From contig JAFWZP010000106.1 of NCBI GenBank assembly GCA_017522255.1, positions 1,390-65,389 on the forward strand: a stretch of 64,000 nt of DNA, given 5' to 3'. The position numbers were made by a program, and so were the translations under genes. Shown in pieces: positions 1 through 9,917 of this stretch (its first letter is position 1; every line of letters starts with the position of its first letter). The notes beneath the pieces were generated by a model. That model searched no databases and was not told the origin of the DNA. It saw only the letters and a list, made by a program, of their open reading frames with translations. This DNA is from Bacteroidales bacterium. Lineage in GTDB: Bacteria; Bacteroidota; Bacteroidia; Bacteroidales; P3.

Positions 1-55
1 TATACCGGTAGAATAACATATTCTTTTCATAACCTATTCAATTTACTGATGTATA

Positions 56-694
56 TCAATCCGAAATGAAATCATCTTCGTTGTAGAAAAAACAATTCTT
101 GTTGTAATCCATAGCAAGTAGTTTGTTTTTTAGTACAGTATACAGTTCTTTATCCACCGCTGCCAATTCTTTTACTAATTGCATGTATTTTGGATTCATT
201 GTAATCCTAAACAAACAGAAAGCAGCAACAATTTGACAATCCTGATAATATGTTTTATTATTAAGAACACGTTCAAACACCGGTACCACCAATTCGCTTT
301 GAGATATTTTCATGTGTTCAAAAACGTAGATAATAGCCGACGAAACGACTACCGGCGTACGACGTTTTTTTATAGTATCTATGCAGAAATCAAAAATATC
401 AGCACTCTCTATGTTGTTCCAATTGGCACAATCGATAAGGTCCGACACAAATAAAAGATTTTTATCATGAAGATGTAAGTGTATATATTTCCGAATTTCC
501 ATCAATTGTATTTCAGTGAAATTCTCATACTTCTCTAAAATATCACCAACGGAGAGTTTGTTTAAACTTTTACCATCAAGAATGATATTAAATACTTTCT
601 TGGAAAGTTTGGGAACATTTAGTATCATATTTAATTCTTCGGTCGAAAGTATGTACCCACGTCTTTCTATGTATAAAAAATCCGGATTTGGCAT
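56..694 (-). CDS. hypothetical protein (212 aa)
   Basis: Long ATG-initiated ORF in an AT-rich small-gene array. No motif recognised. Confidence 0.55.
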   Translation of the reverse strand: MPNPDFLYIERRGYILSTEELNMILNVPKLSKKVFNIILDGKSLNKLSVGDILEKYENFTEIQLMEIRKYIHLHLHDKNLLFVSDLIDCANWNNIESADIFDFCIDTIKKRRTPVVVSSAIIYVFEHMKISQSELVVPVFERVLNNKTYYQDCQIVAAFCLFRITMNPKYMQLVKELAAVDKELYTVLKNKLLAMDYNKNCFFYNEDDFISD

Positions 695-738
695 ATTTTG
701 TTTTGCTTATTATATCGTTCTCGTATGCTAAACTTCGT

Positions 739-993
739 TTATTTTTCCATATCAATACTGCTGATAGAACTACAAATATTATCAATATCTGCCTTGATAG
801 GTTCCAACGTCGGGTCGATTCCCATCGCTTGCAAAATACCTTCGATACAACACTTTAATTTACAGCTATCGCCTATCGATTCGATTATTCCGGGTATATA
901 ATTTCGATACTCATTTTCCGAAACAACATCATCTACACACAAAGGATTCCATTCCGATAGAATGCTATTTATTTTCAATTCTTTTTCTTTCAT
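739..993 (-). CDS. small hypothetical protein (84 aa from MKEKELK)
   Basis: The 739..1032 ORF is trimmed to the ATG at 993. The upstream in-frame codons overlap the TATCTTTG -7 box at 1022-1029. Confidence 0.5.
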   Translation of the reverse strand: MKEKELKINSILSEWNPLCVDDVVSENEYRNYIPGIIESIGDSCKLKCCIEGILQAMGIDPTLEPIKADIDNICSSISSIDMEK

Positions 994-1044
994 ACTTTTT
1001 TTCTCGTTAGTTTTCGGTTTGCAAAGATACATATTTTCTTTGAA
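981..1044 (-). repeat. 64-bp promoter / 5' UTR / start-codon cassette, copy 1
   Basis: By hand alignment, identical to 1420..1483. Contains the -7 box and the ATG-AAA-GAA-AAA-GAA start. Confidence 0.85.
1022..1029 (-). promoter_or_regulatory. Bacteroidetes -7 box (TATCTTTG on minus strand)
   Basis: The plus strand reads caaagata, matching the TAnnTTTG consensus about 30 nt upstream of the ATG at 993. Confidence 0.6.
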
Positions 1045-1047
1045 CTA

Positions 1048-1380
1048 TTATATTTTTTTCTTTGAACCAATTATAGTTAAGCCATAAATATCTGATGATT
1101 CATCAATACATATAGGTAGCCATCCATATTCTTTGTAATTAATTTTCTCTCCCGTTTTGCAATCATGCGTAGGCCATCCTTCATATCTCCATTTTGCAAT
1201 GGTGTTAAGCGAACAACCCCATGCATATGCCGTGTATTCGTAGTTATCCATTTTTAGATAATCTCTCAGATTTCCTTCATAATCCTTGTCCTTATTATAT
1301 AATTCGCGTGACTCATCAATTAAATCTATTGCGTCGTCCGATGATAATTTCTCATCATAAATCTTTTTAAGTATATCCAT
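1048..1380 (-). CDS. hypothetical protein (110 aa from MDILKK)
   Basis: The ORF-track start at 1398 is TTG and the first ATG is at 1380. Trp/Tyr-rich, with no recognised motif. Confidence 0.5.
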   Translation of the reverse strand: MDILKKIYDEKLSSDDAIDLIDESRELYNKDKDYEGNLRDYLKMDNYEYTAYAWGCSLNTIAKWRYEGWPTHDCKTGEKINYKEYGWLPICIDESSDIYGLTIIGSKKKI

Positions 1381-1419
1381 AAATATTAAATTCAACAAAA
1401 GTAATGTATCCCAATTGTT

Positions 1420-1483
1420 CTTTTTCTTTCATACTTTTTTTCTCGTTAGTTTTCGGTTTGCAAAGATACATATTTTCTTTGAA
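1420..1483 (-). repeat. 64-bp promoter / 5' UTR / start-codon cassette, copy 2
   Basis: Identical to 981..1044. Its ATG at 1433 opens a 21-codon frame that is out of frame with the 1380 ORF. Confidence 0.85.
1461..1468 (-). promoter_or_regulatory. Bacteroidetes -7 box (TATCTTTG on minus strand)
   Basis: Same box as 1022-1029, inside repeat copy 2. Confidence 0.55.
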
Positions 1484-1560
1484 TCAATTATAGACAGCCA
1501 TCTTTATTATTTTCTTTCTCCCGTTTTGCAATCCAGTGTTGCCCGCCTTTCATTACCAAA
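1484..1560 (-). pseudogene. truncated remnant of a paralogue of the 1048..1380 gene (3' end only)
   Basis: caattatag..agccat and ctcccgttttgcaatc align with 1066-1086 and 1147-1162, but with internal deletions and no intact ORF. Confidence 0.35.
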
Positions 1561-1585
1561 TGTTCGAGAATAGAATCAAGTTTGT

Positions 1586-1730
1586 TCGACGAAGGTAGTT
1601 CTCTTTCGACGTAAGGACAGTTCCCTTTCGACGTAAGGATGACTCCCTTTCGACGTAAGGGAATCCTCTGCTCCGAACTTTGTCGAAACCTTTATCGAAC
1701 TTTATCGTAACCACGTTCGAAAAAAAGTAT
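1586..1730. repeat. tandem word repeats (c)cctttcgacgtaagg(a) x3, plus tcgaa-containing words
   Basis: Units read at 1601-1617, 1623-1639 and 1645-1662, with a degenerate unit at 1586-1596. Confidence 0.7.
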
Positions 1731-1753
1731 TTTTCCGTACCGAAACTACTTAA

Positions 1754-2242
1754 TTACCCTAACTCATTCAACGGATAGTCATCATATAAATCAATCACTT
1801 TCGTTGAGTTATCTAATAATTTCAACTCAATTATTCCATTTCCGCCTATTTGATAATCTGAAATAATATCGTCGACAAAATATTCTTTGTAACAATTAAA
1901 CTTGTCTGCCAACTTTATTGCCAATACATTCATTTCACATATTCCAACACACCAAATGTCGCTGAAAAAAACATCTACTATATTAGTAGTAAGAGGCCAT
2001 CGCAAAACGACATTATCTTTTGCACGGACGATGCAAAAAGAATGGTCAACACTAATTATTACTGCCTCAGATGGTAACTCCTTTATTATTGGTAAAATCA
2101 AATCACTTTCCCAAGCAAATTTGTACATAATGTTTTCTATTACAATAGTCGCATAACATCTGTTGTACTTATATTCGCCTGAAAACAATTCGATTATTGG
2201 TAGATTATAATATTCTTCTTTCGATATTCTTGTATAGTTCAT
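1754..2242 (-). CDS. hypothetical protein (162 aa)
   Basis: ATG-initiated ORF with no recognised motif. It overlaps the 3' end of the upstream ORF by 38 nt. Confidence 0.5.
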   Translation of the reverse strand: MNYTRISKEEYYNLPIIELFSGEYKYNRCYATIVIENIMYKFAWESDLILPIIKELPSEAVIISVDHSFCIVRAKDNVVLRWPLTTNIVDVFFSDIWCVGICEMNVLAIKLADKFNCYKEYFVDDIISDYQIGGNGIIELKLLDNSTKVIDLYDDYPLNELG

Positions 2243-2705
2243 TTATCACTTTTTGTGCTTTAATTCGATCTAGATTTACTCCGCATTTATACTTTTTGCC
2301 TTTTCCATATTTAATCAGTATGGTGCCTTGCGGTGTTCCGGTTAGGGATGGATAAGTAAAAAGTTCCACAATAAGACCGGGAGAATATAAAGATATATCA
2401 GTAATTTCATTCCATGGTATTTCTTTTCGTCTTTTGAAAAGTCGGTGTTTTGTAATTACGATTTTCGAGTCGTCGTACTCACATTTCTCTTTGCCAAACA
2501 TCAGCCAAATGGCTTCATCCAAAAAGTAATAAATCCAAGCAAATATAGCAAACAATATCAAAGAAACAATTACAATATCTGAAATTTTACTGCAATCCAA
2601 CAAAATAGAAACATATCCATACACCAAAAAAAGCCCTGCAAGAATTGTTAGTAATAGAAAAACTCCGCCCTTATTTTCCGGCTTGGTTGAATAAACTCGT
2701 TTCAT
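2205..2705 (-). CDS. membrane protein (two predicted TM helices plus a soluble C-terminal domain)
   Basis: Trimmed to MKRVYSTK (ATG at 2705). Hydrophobic stretches: VFLLLTILAGLFLVYGYVSILL and IVIVSLILFAIFAWIYYFL. Confidence 0.5.
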   Translation of the reverse strand: MKRVYSTKPENKGGVFLLLTILAGLFLVYGYVSILLDCSKISDIVIVSLILFAIFAWIYYFLDEAIWLMFGKEKCEYDDSKIVITKHRLFKRRKEIPWNEITDISLYSPGLIVELFTYPSLTGTPQGTILIKYGKGKKYKCGVNLDRIKAQKVINELYKNIERRIL

Positions 2706-2721
2706 AATAAACTTCCTATTT

Positions 2722-3228
2722 TTAATTGGTTCTAACGTGATTGGCATTGTGCATTAATAGCAATTTGTTGAACAATAATCTGTATAAATAAGCATTGATT
2801 GCTAAATATGCGGGGAATAGAATATAGTAATTTCCTTTGTATAATAACGCTGCTAAAATATTGTTCGATGCTATATTGTCTATAAGCATTTGACAAAGCA
2901 ACGAAAATTGAGAAATGGAATACATTATGCCAGAAAATAATTCCCAATAGAGTTCTTTGCTTTCCGGATTTCCAATATTCATCAATGTCAAATTTAAAAG
3001 CATACATAGAACAGACATTAGCCGAATGGAATATCTCCTATCTATACGGAAAATGAATATTTGAATAAAAGAATGGATAGCTATAAGTATAACGCTGTCT
3101 AAACCAATACTACTATGAATGTAATTGTTATATTCCGGCACCACCAAAGTTCCAACGCTCCAAAACAAGATGTTTAGCAGTGTAAGGTATAGAGTAAAGC
3201 CAAAAAAGCAAATAATTTTCTTTTTCAT
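2722..3228 (-). CDS. multi-pass membrane protein (168 aa)
   Basis: Four to five hydrophobic segments. ATG start. Confidence 0.5.
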   Translation of the reverse strand: MKKKIICFFGFTLYLTLLNILFWSVGTLVVPEYNNYIHSSIGLDSVILIAIHSFIQIFIFRIDRRYSIRLMSVLCMLLNLTLMNIGNPESKELYWELFSGIMYSISQFSLLCQMLIDNIASNNILAALLYKGNYYILFPAYLAINAYLYRLLFNKLLLMHNANHVRTN

Positions 3229-3351
3229 AATTCCGGTGTTTTGTTGATATTGTGACGAATGTGGAAAGATAACGCAACTGTAGCTTTATTATTGCATGTG
3301 CTCTATTTAGGCACATAGAAGTACATGAATAATAATACTACTTTTCAGAAA

Positions 3352-3774
3352 GGGAAAATTTCCCTCGTGATGTAGATGAGATTTCCTCGTGATGAAAATT
3401 TGTCCGGATCACGAGGGAGATAAATTTTCCCCGTGAGGTATTTTCATAGCCTTTGTTATGTAGGCAATAAATGGGGGCGAATGCGATTCGCCCGTACGGA
3501 TGCAGGCAGATAATTGTGGGAGCGAATTGTATTCGCCCAACATATTTTACATTTGTAAGTGCCATACTTACGGGGCAAAACTATGGGAGTTTTGGGTCGT
3601 AACCCTAAGGGTTAGGGATGAAAAGTATGGCACTTTTAGCGGCTATGTTGCGGAGTCGAGTCGTCGACGTCGCTCACTCGAGTCGTTGGCGTTTCCCACT
3701 CGAATGGGTGCTATTCCTCGACTCGAGTCCGCCACCTCATCCACTCGAGTCGGCGACGCGGCGGAGTCGAGTCG
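3352..3774. repeat. composite intergenic cluster of word-like direct and inverted repeats
   Basis: Contents: tttcc(c)tcgtgatg / catcacgagg words (3352-3438); hairpin gggcgaat..attcgccc; a 13-bp inverted repeat, aagtgccatactt / aagtatggcactt; and gcggagtcgagtcg at both 3650 and 3761, with actcgagtc words between them. Confidence 0.75.
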
Positions 3775-3781
3775 AAAAACT

Positions 3782-3819
3782 AAAAAAAAAAGAGCCCGAA
3801 AGCAGTGCTTTCGGGCTCT
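3782..3819 (-). terminator. rho-independent terminator of hppA
   Basis: 13-14 bp perfect stem agagcccgaaagc/gctttcgggctct, followed on the minus strand by a T9 run. Confidence 0.85.
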
Positions 3820-3848
3820 TGATTGTATCTATGACTTATAATATTTTC

Positions 3849-6047
3849 TTATAATAAGTGACATGTTACAGTCAAACCTGCCATAACGATACTTACCATC
3901 GACATAAGTTTGATAAGGATGTTCAACGAAGGACCTGATGTATCTTTGAATGGGTCGCCCACTGTATCGCCAACCACAGTTGCTTTGTGGCAGTCGCTAC
4001 CTTTTCCACCGAAGTTACCTTCTTCAACATATTTCTTAGCGTTATCCCATGCACCACCTGCGTTGGCCATAAATACTGCCAATACAAATCCTGCACTCAA
4101 ACCACCGATAAGTAAGCCAAGAACACCGGCAACACCAAGTACCAAACCTGTAACGATAGGAACGATGATGGCCAACAATGATGGGAACAACATTTCTTGT
4201 TGAGCACCTTTGGTAGAGATAGACACGCAACGTGCATAGTCGGGTTCGGCTTTACCTTCAAGAATACCTTTTATGGTGCTGAATTGACGGCGTACTTCTT
4301 CAACCATTTTTTGAGCAGCACGACCTACAGCGTTCATAGTTAAACCGCAGAACAAGAAAGCCATCATAGCTCCAATAAATATACCTACCAATACTATTGG
4401 GTTCATAAGGTTTACATTGTAGGCTTCCATAAAGTCGATAAGTGATGCTTCGGCAGCCTTAATACCATTTGGCAAGTCTTGACCTATACGAACCAAAGCT
4501 ATTTTTATTTCTTCTACATACGATGCCAACAATGCCAAAGCTGTAAGAGCTGCCGAGCCTATGGCGAAACCTTTACCTGTTGCAGCTGTAGTGTTGCCTA
4601 GTGCATCAAGAGCATCGGTGCGTTTACGTACTTCGGGTTCCAAACCACTCATTTCGGCATTACCACCTGCGTTGTCGGCTATTGGGCCGTAAGCGTCGGT
4701 AGCCAAAGTGATTCCAAGTGTAGAAAGCATACCTACTGCGGCAATACCTATACCATAAAGACCCATCGAAAGGCTTTCGGCATTCATTTCGATAACGAAA
4801 CCATTGGCGCACAAATAAGATAATACGATAGCCACACCTACGGTAACTACAGGTATAGCTGTAGAAAGCATACCCAATCCCATACCTGAGATGATAACTG
4901 TAGCAGGACCTGTTTGTGCACTTTCAGATACCTTTTGAGTAGGTTTGAAAGTTTGGGAAGTATAATATTCTGTAGATTTTCCGATTATAACACCCGATAG
5001 CAAACCAACTACTACCGAAAGTGATACTTGCCACCATTGGTTGGTTTCGGTTCCGAACAACCATGCAAATATAGCAAATGTAGCTACTGCTATAAGTATA
5101 GAAGCGATATTAGTACCACGGCTAAGAGCTGCAAGCAATTGTTTCATACCTGCATCTTCTTTGGTTTTTACCATAAAAATACCAATCAAAGAAAGCACCA
5201 CGCCTACAGCGGCTATCAATGCAGGAGCCAAAACAGCTTTAAGTTGCATATCGCCTTCTACAGCCGAAGTGGCGAAAGCCGAAGCACCCAATGCCATAGT
5301 AGCAAGGATAGAACCGGCGTATGATTCGTACAAGTCGGCACCCATACCGGCCACGTCGCCTACGTTGTCGCCTACGTTATCGGCAATAGTAGCAGGGTTG
5401 CGTGGGTCGTCTTCAGGAATATTGTATTCGGTTTTTCCTACAAGGTCGGCTCCAACGTCAGCAGCTTTTGTGTAGATACCGCCACCCACACGGGCAAACA
5501 ATGCTTGAGTAGAAGCACCCATACCAAAGGTAAGCATTGTAGTAGTGATGATAACAAGTTTGTGAGAACCTGAATCTTCAATAAAATGATCAAGCACCAA
5601 GTACCATACCGAAATATCTAATAACGCCAAACCAACAACTACCAAACCCATAACTGCACCCGAACGGAAAGCAACTTGCAAACCACTGTTCAAAGATTTA
5701 CGGGCAGCATTGGCAGTACGTGCCGAAGCGTATGTAGCGGTTTTCATACCAAAGAAACCTGCCAAACCGGAGAACAAACCTCCTGTAAGGAAAGCAAACC
5801 ATACCCATCCGTTTTGCAAATCGAAGTACGCCATAATAGCAAAAAGAGCAGCCAAAATAACGAACACAATGGTTACTACTTTGTACTGCTGCTTAAGGTA
5901 AGCCATAGCCCCTTTACGAACGTGGGCGGCAATCTTCTTCATCAAATCGGTTCCTTCATCTTTCGATAACATTTGTTTATAGAACACAAACGCCATCGCT
6001 AATGCTAGCACTGAAGCTGCTAAAACAAAATAAATCAAACTGTTCAT
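3849..6047 (-). CDS. hppA: membrane-bound ion-translocating pyrophosphatase
   Basis: 732 aa with about 16 TM segments. Motifs GGGIYTKAADVGADLVGK, DNVGDNVGD and GDTVGDPFKDT. The GNTTAA (Ala) signature matches the K+-dependent subfamily. Confidence 0.95.
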   Translation of the reverse strand: MNSLIYFVLAASVLALAMAFVFYKQMLSKDEGTDLMKKIAAHVRKGAMAYLKQQYKVVTIVFVILAALFAIMAYFDLQNGWVWFAFLTGGLFSGLAGFFGMKTATYASARTANAARKSLNSGLQVAFRSGAVMGLVVVGLALLDISVWYLVLDHFIEDSGSHKLVIITTTMLTFGMGASTQALFARVGGGIYTKAADVGADLVGKTEYNIPEDDPRNPATIADNVGDNVGDVAGMGADLYESYAGSILATMALGASAFATSAVEGDMQLKAVLAPALIAAVGVVLSLIGIFMVKTKEDAGMKQLLAALSRGTNIASILIAVATFAIFAWLFGTETNQWWQVSLSVVVGLLSGVIIGKSTEYYTSQTFKPTQKVSESAQTGPATVIISGMGLGMLSTAIPVVTVGVAIVLSYLCANGFVIEMNAESLSMGLYGIGIAAVGMLSTLGITLATDAYGPIADNAGGNAEMSGLEPEVRKRTDALDALGNTTAATGKGFAIGSAALTALALLASYVEEIKIALVRIGQDLPNGIKAAEASLIDFMEAYNVNLMNPIVLVGIFIGAMMAFLFCGLTMNAVGRAAQKMVEEVRRQFSTIKGILEGKAEPDYARCVSISTKGAQQEMLFPSLLAIIVPIVTGLVLGVAGVLGLLIGGLSAGFVLAVFMANAGGAWDNAKKYVEEGNFGGKGSDCHKATVVGDTVGDPFKDTSGPSLNILIKLMSMVSIVMAGLTVTCHLL

Positions 6048-6250
6048 AATCTAGTTTTTTTGTAAGTATTATTATTATTTATATATATTATAGCGTATAG
6101 AAACACATAAAAATTAAATTAAAACATTGAGTTTATTTATATTATCTTAATGATGCATATAAGAAAACCAATTGCAAATTTACATATAATTTTTGTATAT
6201 ATGAAACAAAATCGTACAAAAAGATAAAATTTATGTATTATTTTTTTCAA

Positions 6251-6850
6251 CTATCTCCATTTGGTATGCACATTTTTATGTCTTCCTCCTTTGTAAAATC
6301 TACTATCCCAATATTTTTCGGTGAGCTTACTTATCATCACTCCTTTCGACGAGGAAGCATGAACAAACATGTCTTCTTTTAAATAAATTCCTACATGGTT
6401 TATCTTTCCATTATTCTTGAAAAAAACCAAATCACCTTCACGCAATTCTTTTCTATCTATAATCTGAATATCTTTTACCATATCCATTGCTCTACGGTTT
6501 AGTTTTATACCATACACCGTTTCGTATATTGTTAATGTAAAACACGAGCAATCAATACCGGTCAACGAGCAACCACCCATTTTGTATGGTGTTCCATACC
6601 ACTTTTCTATAGCATCATATAGTTGCACATTGTCCTTGTCGCACAATGTTACATTCATTTTATTCTTTTTGTTTTGTGGTTTAACCGTAGGCTTTGGTGC
6701 CGGACGGGGTACTTCTTTCGAGATTTCTTCTAATATAAAATCTTCCTCAGTTTCCAAATCAGTACTCGCCAACTTTTTAAAAAAACTACACGAATTAGTT
6801 ATAGCTATTACAAATAGCACTCCTCCCCAAAGCAATATCCGTCTTTTCAT
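6251..6850 (-). CDS. NlpC/P60 (C40) peptidoglycan endopeptidase lipoprotein
   Basis: Signal peptide with a lipobox-like NSC. Catalytic-type DCSCF motif, followed by GDLVFF..NHVGIY..HASS. Confidence 0.85.
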   Translation of the reverse strand: MKRRILLWGGVLFVIAITNSCSFFKKLASTDLETEEDFILEEISKEVPRPAPKPTVKPQNKKNKMNVTLCDKDNVQLYDAIEKWYGTPYKMGGCSLTGIDCSCFTLTIYETVYGIKLNRRAMDMVKDIQIIDRKELREGDLVFFKNNGKINHVGIYLKEDMFVHASSSKGVMISKLTEKYWDSRFYKGGRHKNVHTKWR

Positions 6851-6854
6851 TTCC

Positions 6855-7148
6855 TTATTTTTCTCTATTTATTATTATGATATCTTCGTTGGTTCGTTTC
6901 ATATAATAGTTTTCGCGAGCATATTTTTCATACTCTGCCGGATTATTTTTAAAAATCTGTATTTTTATACTATCTTCCTTTATAGCTTCTTCCAAAAACA
7001 ACTTCTCGTTCTCCATAGCTTCCTTTTTGTCTTTAAGCGAAAAAGAGGTCATTATACTATTGTCGTCCACAAAAAATGCCAGTATCAAAAACAATACCGT
7101 ACAAATTACATATTTGTTTTTTAATATTCTACGTATCTTTTTATTCAT
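6855..7148 (-). CDS. septum formation initiator (FtsB/DivIC-like) protein
   Basis: 97 aa with an N-terminal TM helix followed by a coiled coil. The size and layout are typical of this family. Confidence 0.65.
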   Translation of the reverse strand: MNKKIRRILKNKYVICTVLFLILAFFVDDNSIMTSFSLKDKKEAMENEKLFLEEAIKEDSIKIQIFKNNPAEYEKYARENYYMKRTNEDIIIINREK

Positions 7149-7169
7149 TTGAAAATATTTTTAGATTTG

Positions 7170-7177
7170 CAAAGTTA
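7170..7177 (-). promoter_or_regulatory. -7 box (TAACTTTG on minus strand)
   Basis: caaagtta on the plus strand, about 22 nt upstream of the ATG at 7148. Confidence 0.55.
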
Positions 7178-7331
7178 CATCATTATGTAAAGATATTTGC
7201 ATGTAATGATAAAATTTTATCCTCATATCAATGTGAAAAACTCTTAGTTTTCTCATTTACAACAAATAAAAAAAGGTTTACGAGCCTTCACACTCGTAAA
7301 CCTTTTCATTACGTTTTAAGCTATATATAGT

Positions 7332-9461
7332 TTAGAAATATAACACTCTATTATCTTCTATTTCTGTATTTTCTTTTAATACGTCCATAAGATATCTTAG
7401 CTTTTGTTGAGCTTCCATTTCCATACCTTGTTTCTTTACATTAACATCGGCCGGCGATACTTGTTGAACATTGTCTACTTGAATCAAATATACTCCATAA
7501 TATCCTTTTACAGGAGCCAATAATTTAGCTTCTTTTGTAGCAGCCACACTTCCTATAGCATTCATTTCGGGACCAAATTTTCCGAAAGAATAACTATTGA
7601 AATTAACATCAGAAACAGAATCGATAGATGCTTGCAATTTAGCCGATAACGCTACTATATCTTTTGTAGTAGCCACTGCTTCTTCGGCTTTAGCCATAAG
7701 TACTTCGGCTTTCTTTTCGTTTCGCACTTGACCTTCGATATAGTTACGTACTTGATCTAACGATGCATATCCTTTTTGTCTTATTTCTTTTAATGCAACA
7801 ACTACATACATATCGTCCGATTCAAATACTTGAGAAGCCACATCTCCAACCTTAGTTTCTTCATTGAAAGCCCACTGAATTATAGCACGAGCATTTTCAA
7901 CACCTGGTATACGATTAGCATTAGCTGTTGTAAAGTCTGCACTACGAACCATTAGGTTTTGAGCTTTTGCAGCTTCTAACATAGCATTATGCGATAAAGC
8001 CTCGCTTGCAAATTTGTTTGCTTGAGCATACACTGCATTAGCAGTTTCGTCGCTTGGAACTATATCACGAACAATAGTTGCTACTCTGTATTTCTTGGTA
8101 GCAGGTGTTTTGCCTGTAACCTTTACAATATGATAACCACCATTATCGGGACGTTCAAATACAAATACATCATTCAAATTAGCTGCAACAATTTGTTCGT
8201 TAAGCATTCCATATCCACCATCTAATGCCCAACCCATATCACCTTGGTTTTCGGTTTTAGAAGGATCGTCAGAGAAAGTCATTACAGCTTGATTGAAATC
8301 CAATCTTCCTGCTTTTAATTCGCGTTCCAAACTATCAGTCAATGCTTTCGATTGTTCGGCAGTACGTGCTATTTGTTGATTAAAGTTGCTATTCAAAACA
8401 ACTATAACCGAAGCACGTAAACTATCCGGACGATTTTCAATCTTTTGAACTTTCGACATCATCCATTGACGACCTACTATTCGAGGTGCTATAAACTGAC
8501 CTTCGGTAGCATTGGCTATTAACGAATCGAATGGTGCTGCAAACGACGATGACTTAACAAATGTAGAGTCGTATCTTGCATCAGCTTCTGATTCTGAATT
8601 TACAAACATTGGTATTTCGCTGTTTTCAATGGTTTGAAACTCTTCCCATACTTTGAATACTCCATTTTGTATATTTGCCAAATCGGCATTTGTTGGATTG
8701 ACTGGGAAAATAATAAAATCCAAATCGCGAGCATCTGTTTGCTGTTTGTATTCGTTTTTATGTTTTTCGTAATAAGCCTTATAGTCTTGTTCTGTCAATG
8801 TAATTTGATCATCGGCAACACTTTGGAAAGGCAACGATACCACGCGAGTTGCAGCATTGTTATTTTCTATTTCCACCATTTTCTCAGCCATTTTGGTAGG
8901 GAAATAAAAACCCGAAGCTACAAGAACATTATATTTTTCCTGTTCACGGGATTGTTTTACATATTTTTCCAACTGAACCAATTCGGCTTGAGTAGCAGTA
9001 TCCAACTGATCAAAATTATTTATTAACTGAGCCATCATTTGCTTGTTGTATGCACCTGTCGAAGGATCTATAAATGCAGGCATCTGCATCAAATAAGGGT
9101 GAATAAAGTCGCCCAAATACATATCATTCATTTCGCGTTGCGAAACTTGCAATCCCAACTGTCCATACTCCTTTTCAGTCAATTTTGTTTCTACCAATTC
9201 ACGCCAAACATCTTCGCGAATTTGATGCGACTGTTCATTTGTGATTTGGTTTGATTGCATTTGTTGTTTAATCAAATTTTCTCTTTCAGTAATAAGCCCA
9301 TAGTATCGACCATAAGTAATTTCTTCACCATCAATAACTCCAAGGGCAGGTTGTTTGGCATTGCCTTTAAAAAGGTCTCCAATGATAAACGCCAATATAG
9401 CAATACCTACTATTATTACTGCTAAACCTGAGTGTTTTCTAATTTCTCCAATTATTGCCAT
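7332..9461 (-). CDS. periplasmic chaperone / peptidyl-prolyl isomerase (PpiD/SurA-like)
   Basis: 709 aa with an N-terminal TM anchor and a long SurA-N-like region. Parvulin-type motif GDMGW. Confidence 0.8.
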   Translation of the reverse strand: MAIIGEIRKHSGLAVIIVGIAILAFIIGDLFKGNAKQPALGVIDGEEITYGRYYGLITERENLIKQQMQSNQITNEQSHQIREDVWRELVETKLTEKEYGQLGLQVSQREMNDMYLGDFIHPYLMQMPAFIDPSTGAYNKQMMAQLINNFDQLDTATQAELVQLEKYVKQSREQEKYNVLVASGFYFPTKMAEKMVEIENNNAATRVVSLPFQSVADDQITLTEQDYKAYYEKHKNEYKQQTDARDLDFIIFPVNPTNADLANIQNGVFKVWEEFQTIENSEIPMFVNSESEADARYDSTFVKSSSFAAPFDSLIANATEGQFIAPRIVGRQWMMSKVQKIENRPDSLRASVIVVLNSNFNQQIARTAEQSKALTDSLERELKAGRLDFNQAVMTFSDDPSKTENQGDMGWALDGGYGMLNEQIVAANLNDVFVFERPDNGGYHIVKVTGKTPATKKYRVATIVRDIVPSDETANAVYAQANKFASEALSHNAMLEAAKAQNLMVRSADFTTANANRIPGVENARAIIQWAFNEETKVGDVASQVFESDDMYVVVALKEIRQKGYASLDQVRNYIEGQVRNEKKAEVLMAKAEEAVATTKDIVALSAKLQASIDSVSDVNFNSYSFGKFGPEMNAIGSVAATKEAKLLAPVKGYYGVYLIQVDNVQQVSPADVNVKKQGMEMEAQQKLRYLMDVLKENTEIEDNRVLYF

Positions 9462-9496
9462 TTTTTCCTAACATTTTAGATATAATAAATAAGTTG

Positions 9497-9504
9497 CAAA
9501 ATTA
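9497..9504 (-). promoter_or_regulatory. -7 box (TAATTTTG on minus strand)
   Basis: caaaatta on the plus strand, about 36 nt upstream of the ATG at 9461. Confidence 0.55.
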
Positions 9505-9890
9505 CAAAGAAAATTCGGTACATAAAAACTTTTCGTATTTTTTTTATTACACACTTATTGTATTTATATGTAAATCAAAATAGTATTTCCAAAAAAAATA
9601 GACACATTTACCTTATTATTAGTCAAAAAAAGGTGTAAAAAGTTATTTTCTTATCAGTATTTTCTCTAATATTCTGCATATTTTTGCTGTTTTATTTACT
9701 CATTATTGAGGGCTAAGAAAAAGCAGTTTCTCAAGAGAATATAAAGTTTCATTTCACTATAGGACAACTTCGAGGATAATTTTGCTTATAAACGAAACAA
9801 AACAAAGTTGTATTTTGATTTTTATCAACAGATACATTACTGAATTATAGCATAATAAAAAATATTCTTCGCTATTAAATATTAAAAGTG

Positions 9891-9898
9891 TAACTTTG
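9891..9898 (+). promoter_or_regulatory. -7 box TAACTTTG
   Basis: 20 nt upstream of the ATG at 9918. Confidence 0.6.
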
Positions 9899-9917
9899 CA
9901 AAAAAATTAGATACAAA

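Noticed and set aside
3338-3854. ORF-track entries 3338..3565, 3500..3841 and 3618..3854.
   Set aside because: They run through the word-repeat and hairpin cluster and across the hppA terminator. Their translations are repeat-driven (SRV/ESS runs), so they are not credible proteins.
3910-5969. Several 60-140 aa plus-strand ORFs inside hppA. Similar antisense or alternate-frame ORFs lie inside ppiD, the PAD-family gene, nnr (including a 285 aa ORF at 17348..18205), pnp, htpG (236 aa at 24451..25161), the porZ-like gene and recO (289 aa at 58450..59319).
   Set aside because: They lie entirely within confidently assigned genes, on the opposite strand or in another frame. They have biased, low-complexity compositions (Arg, Ser, Thr, His-rich) and no start context. 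These are typical shadow ORFs.
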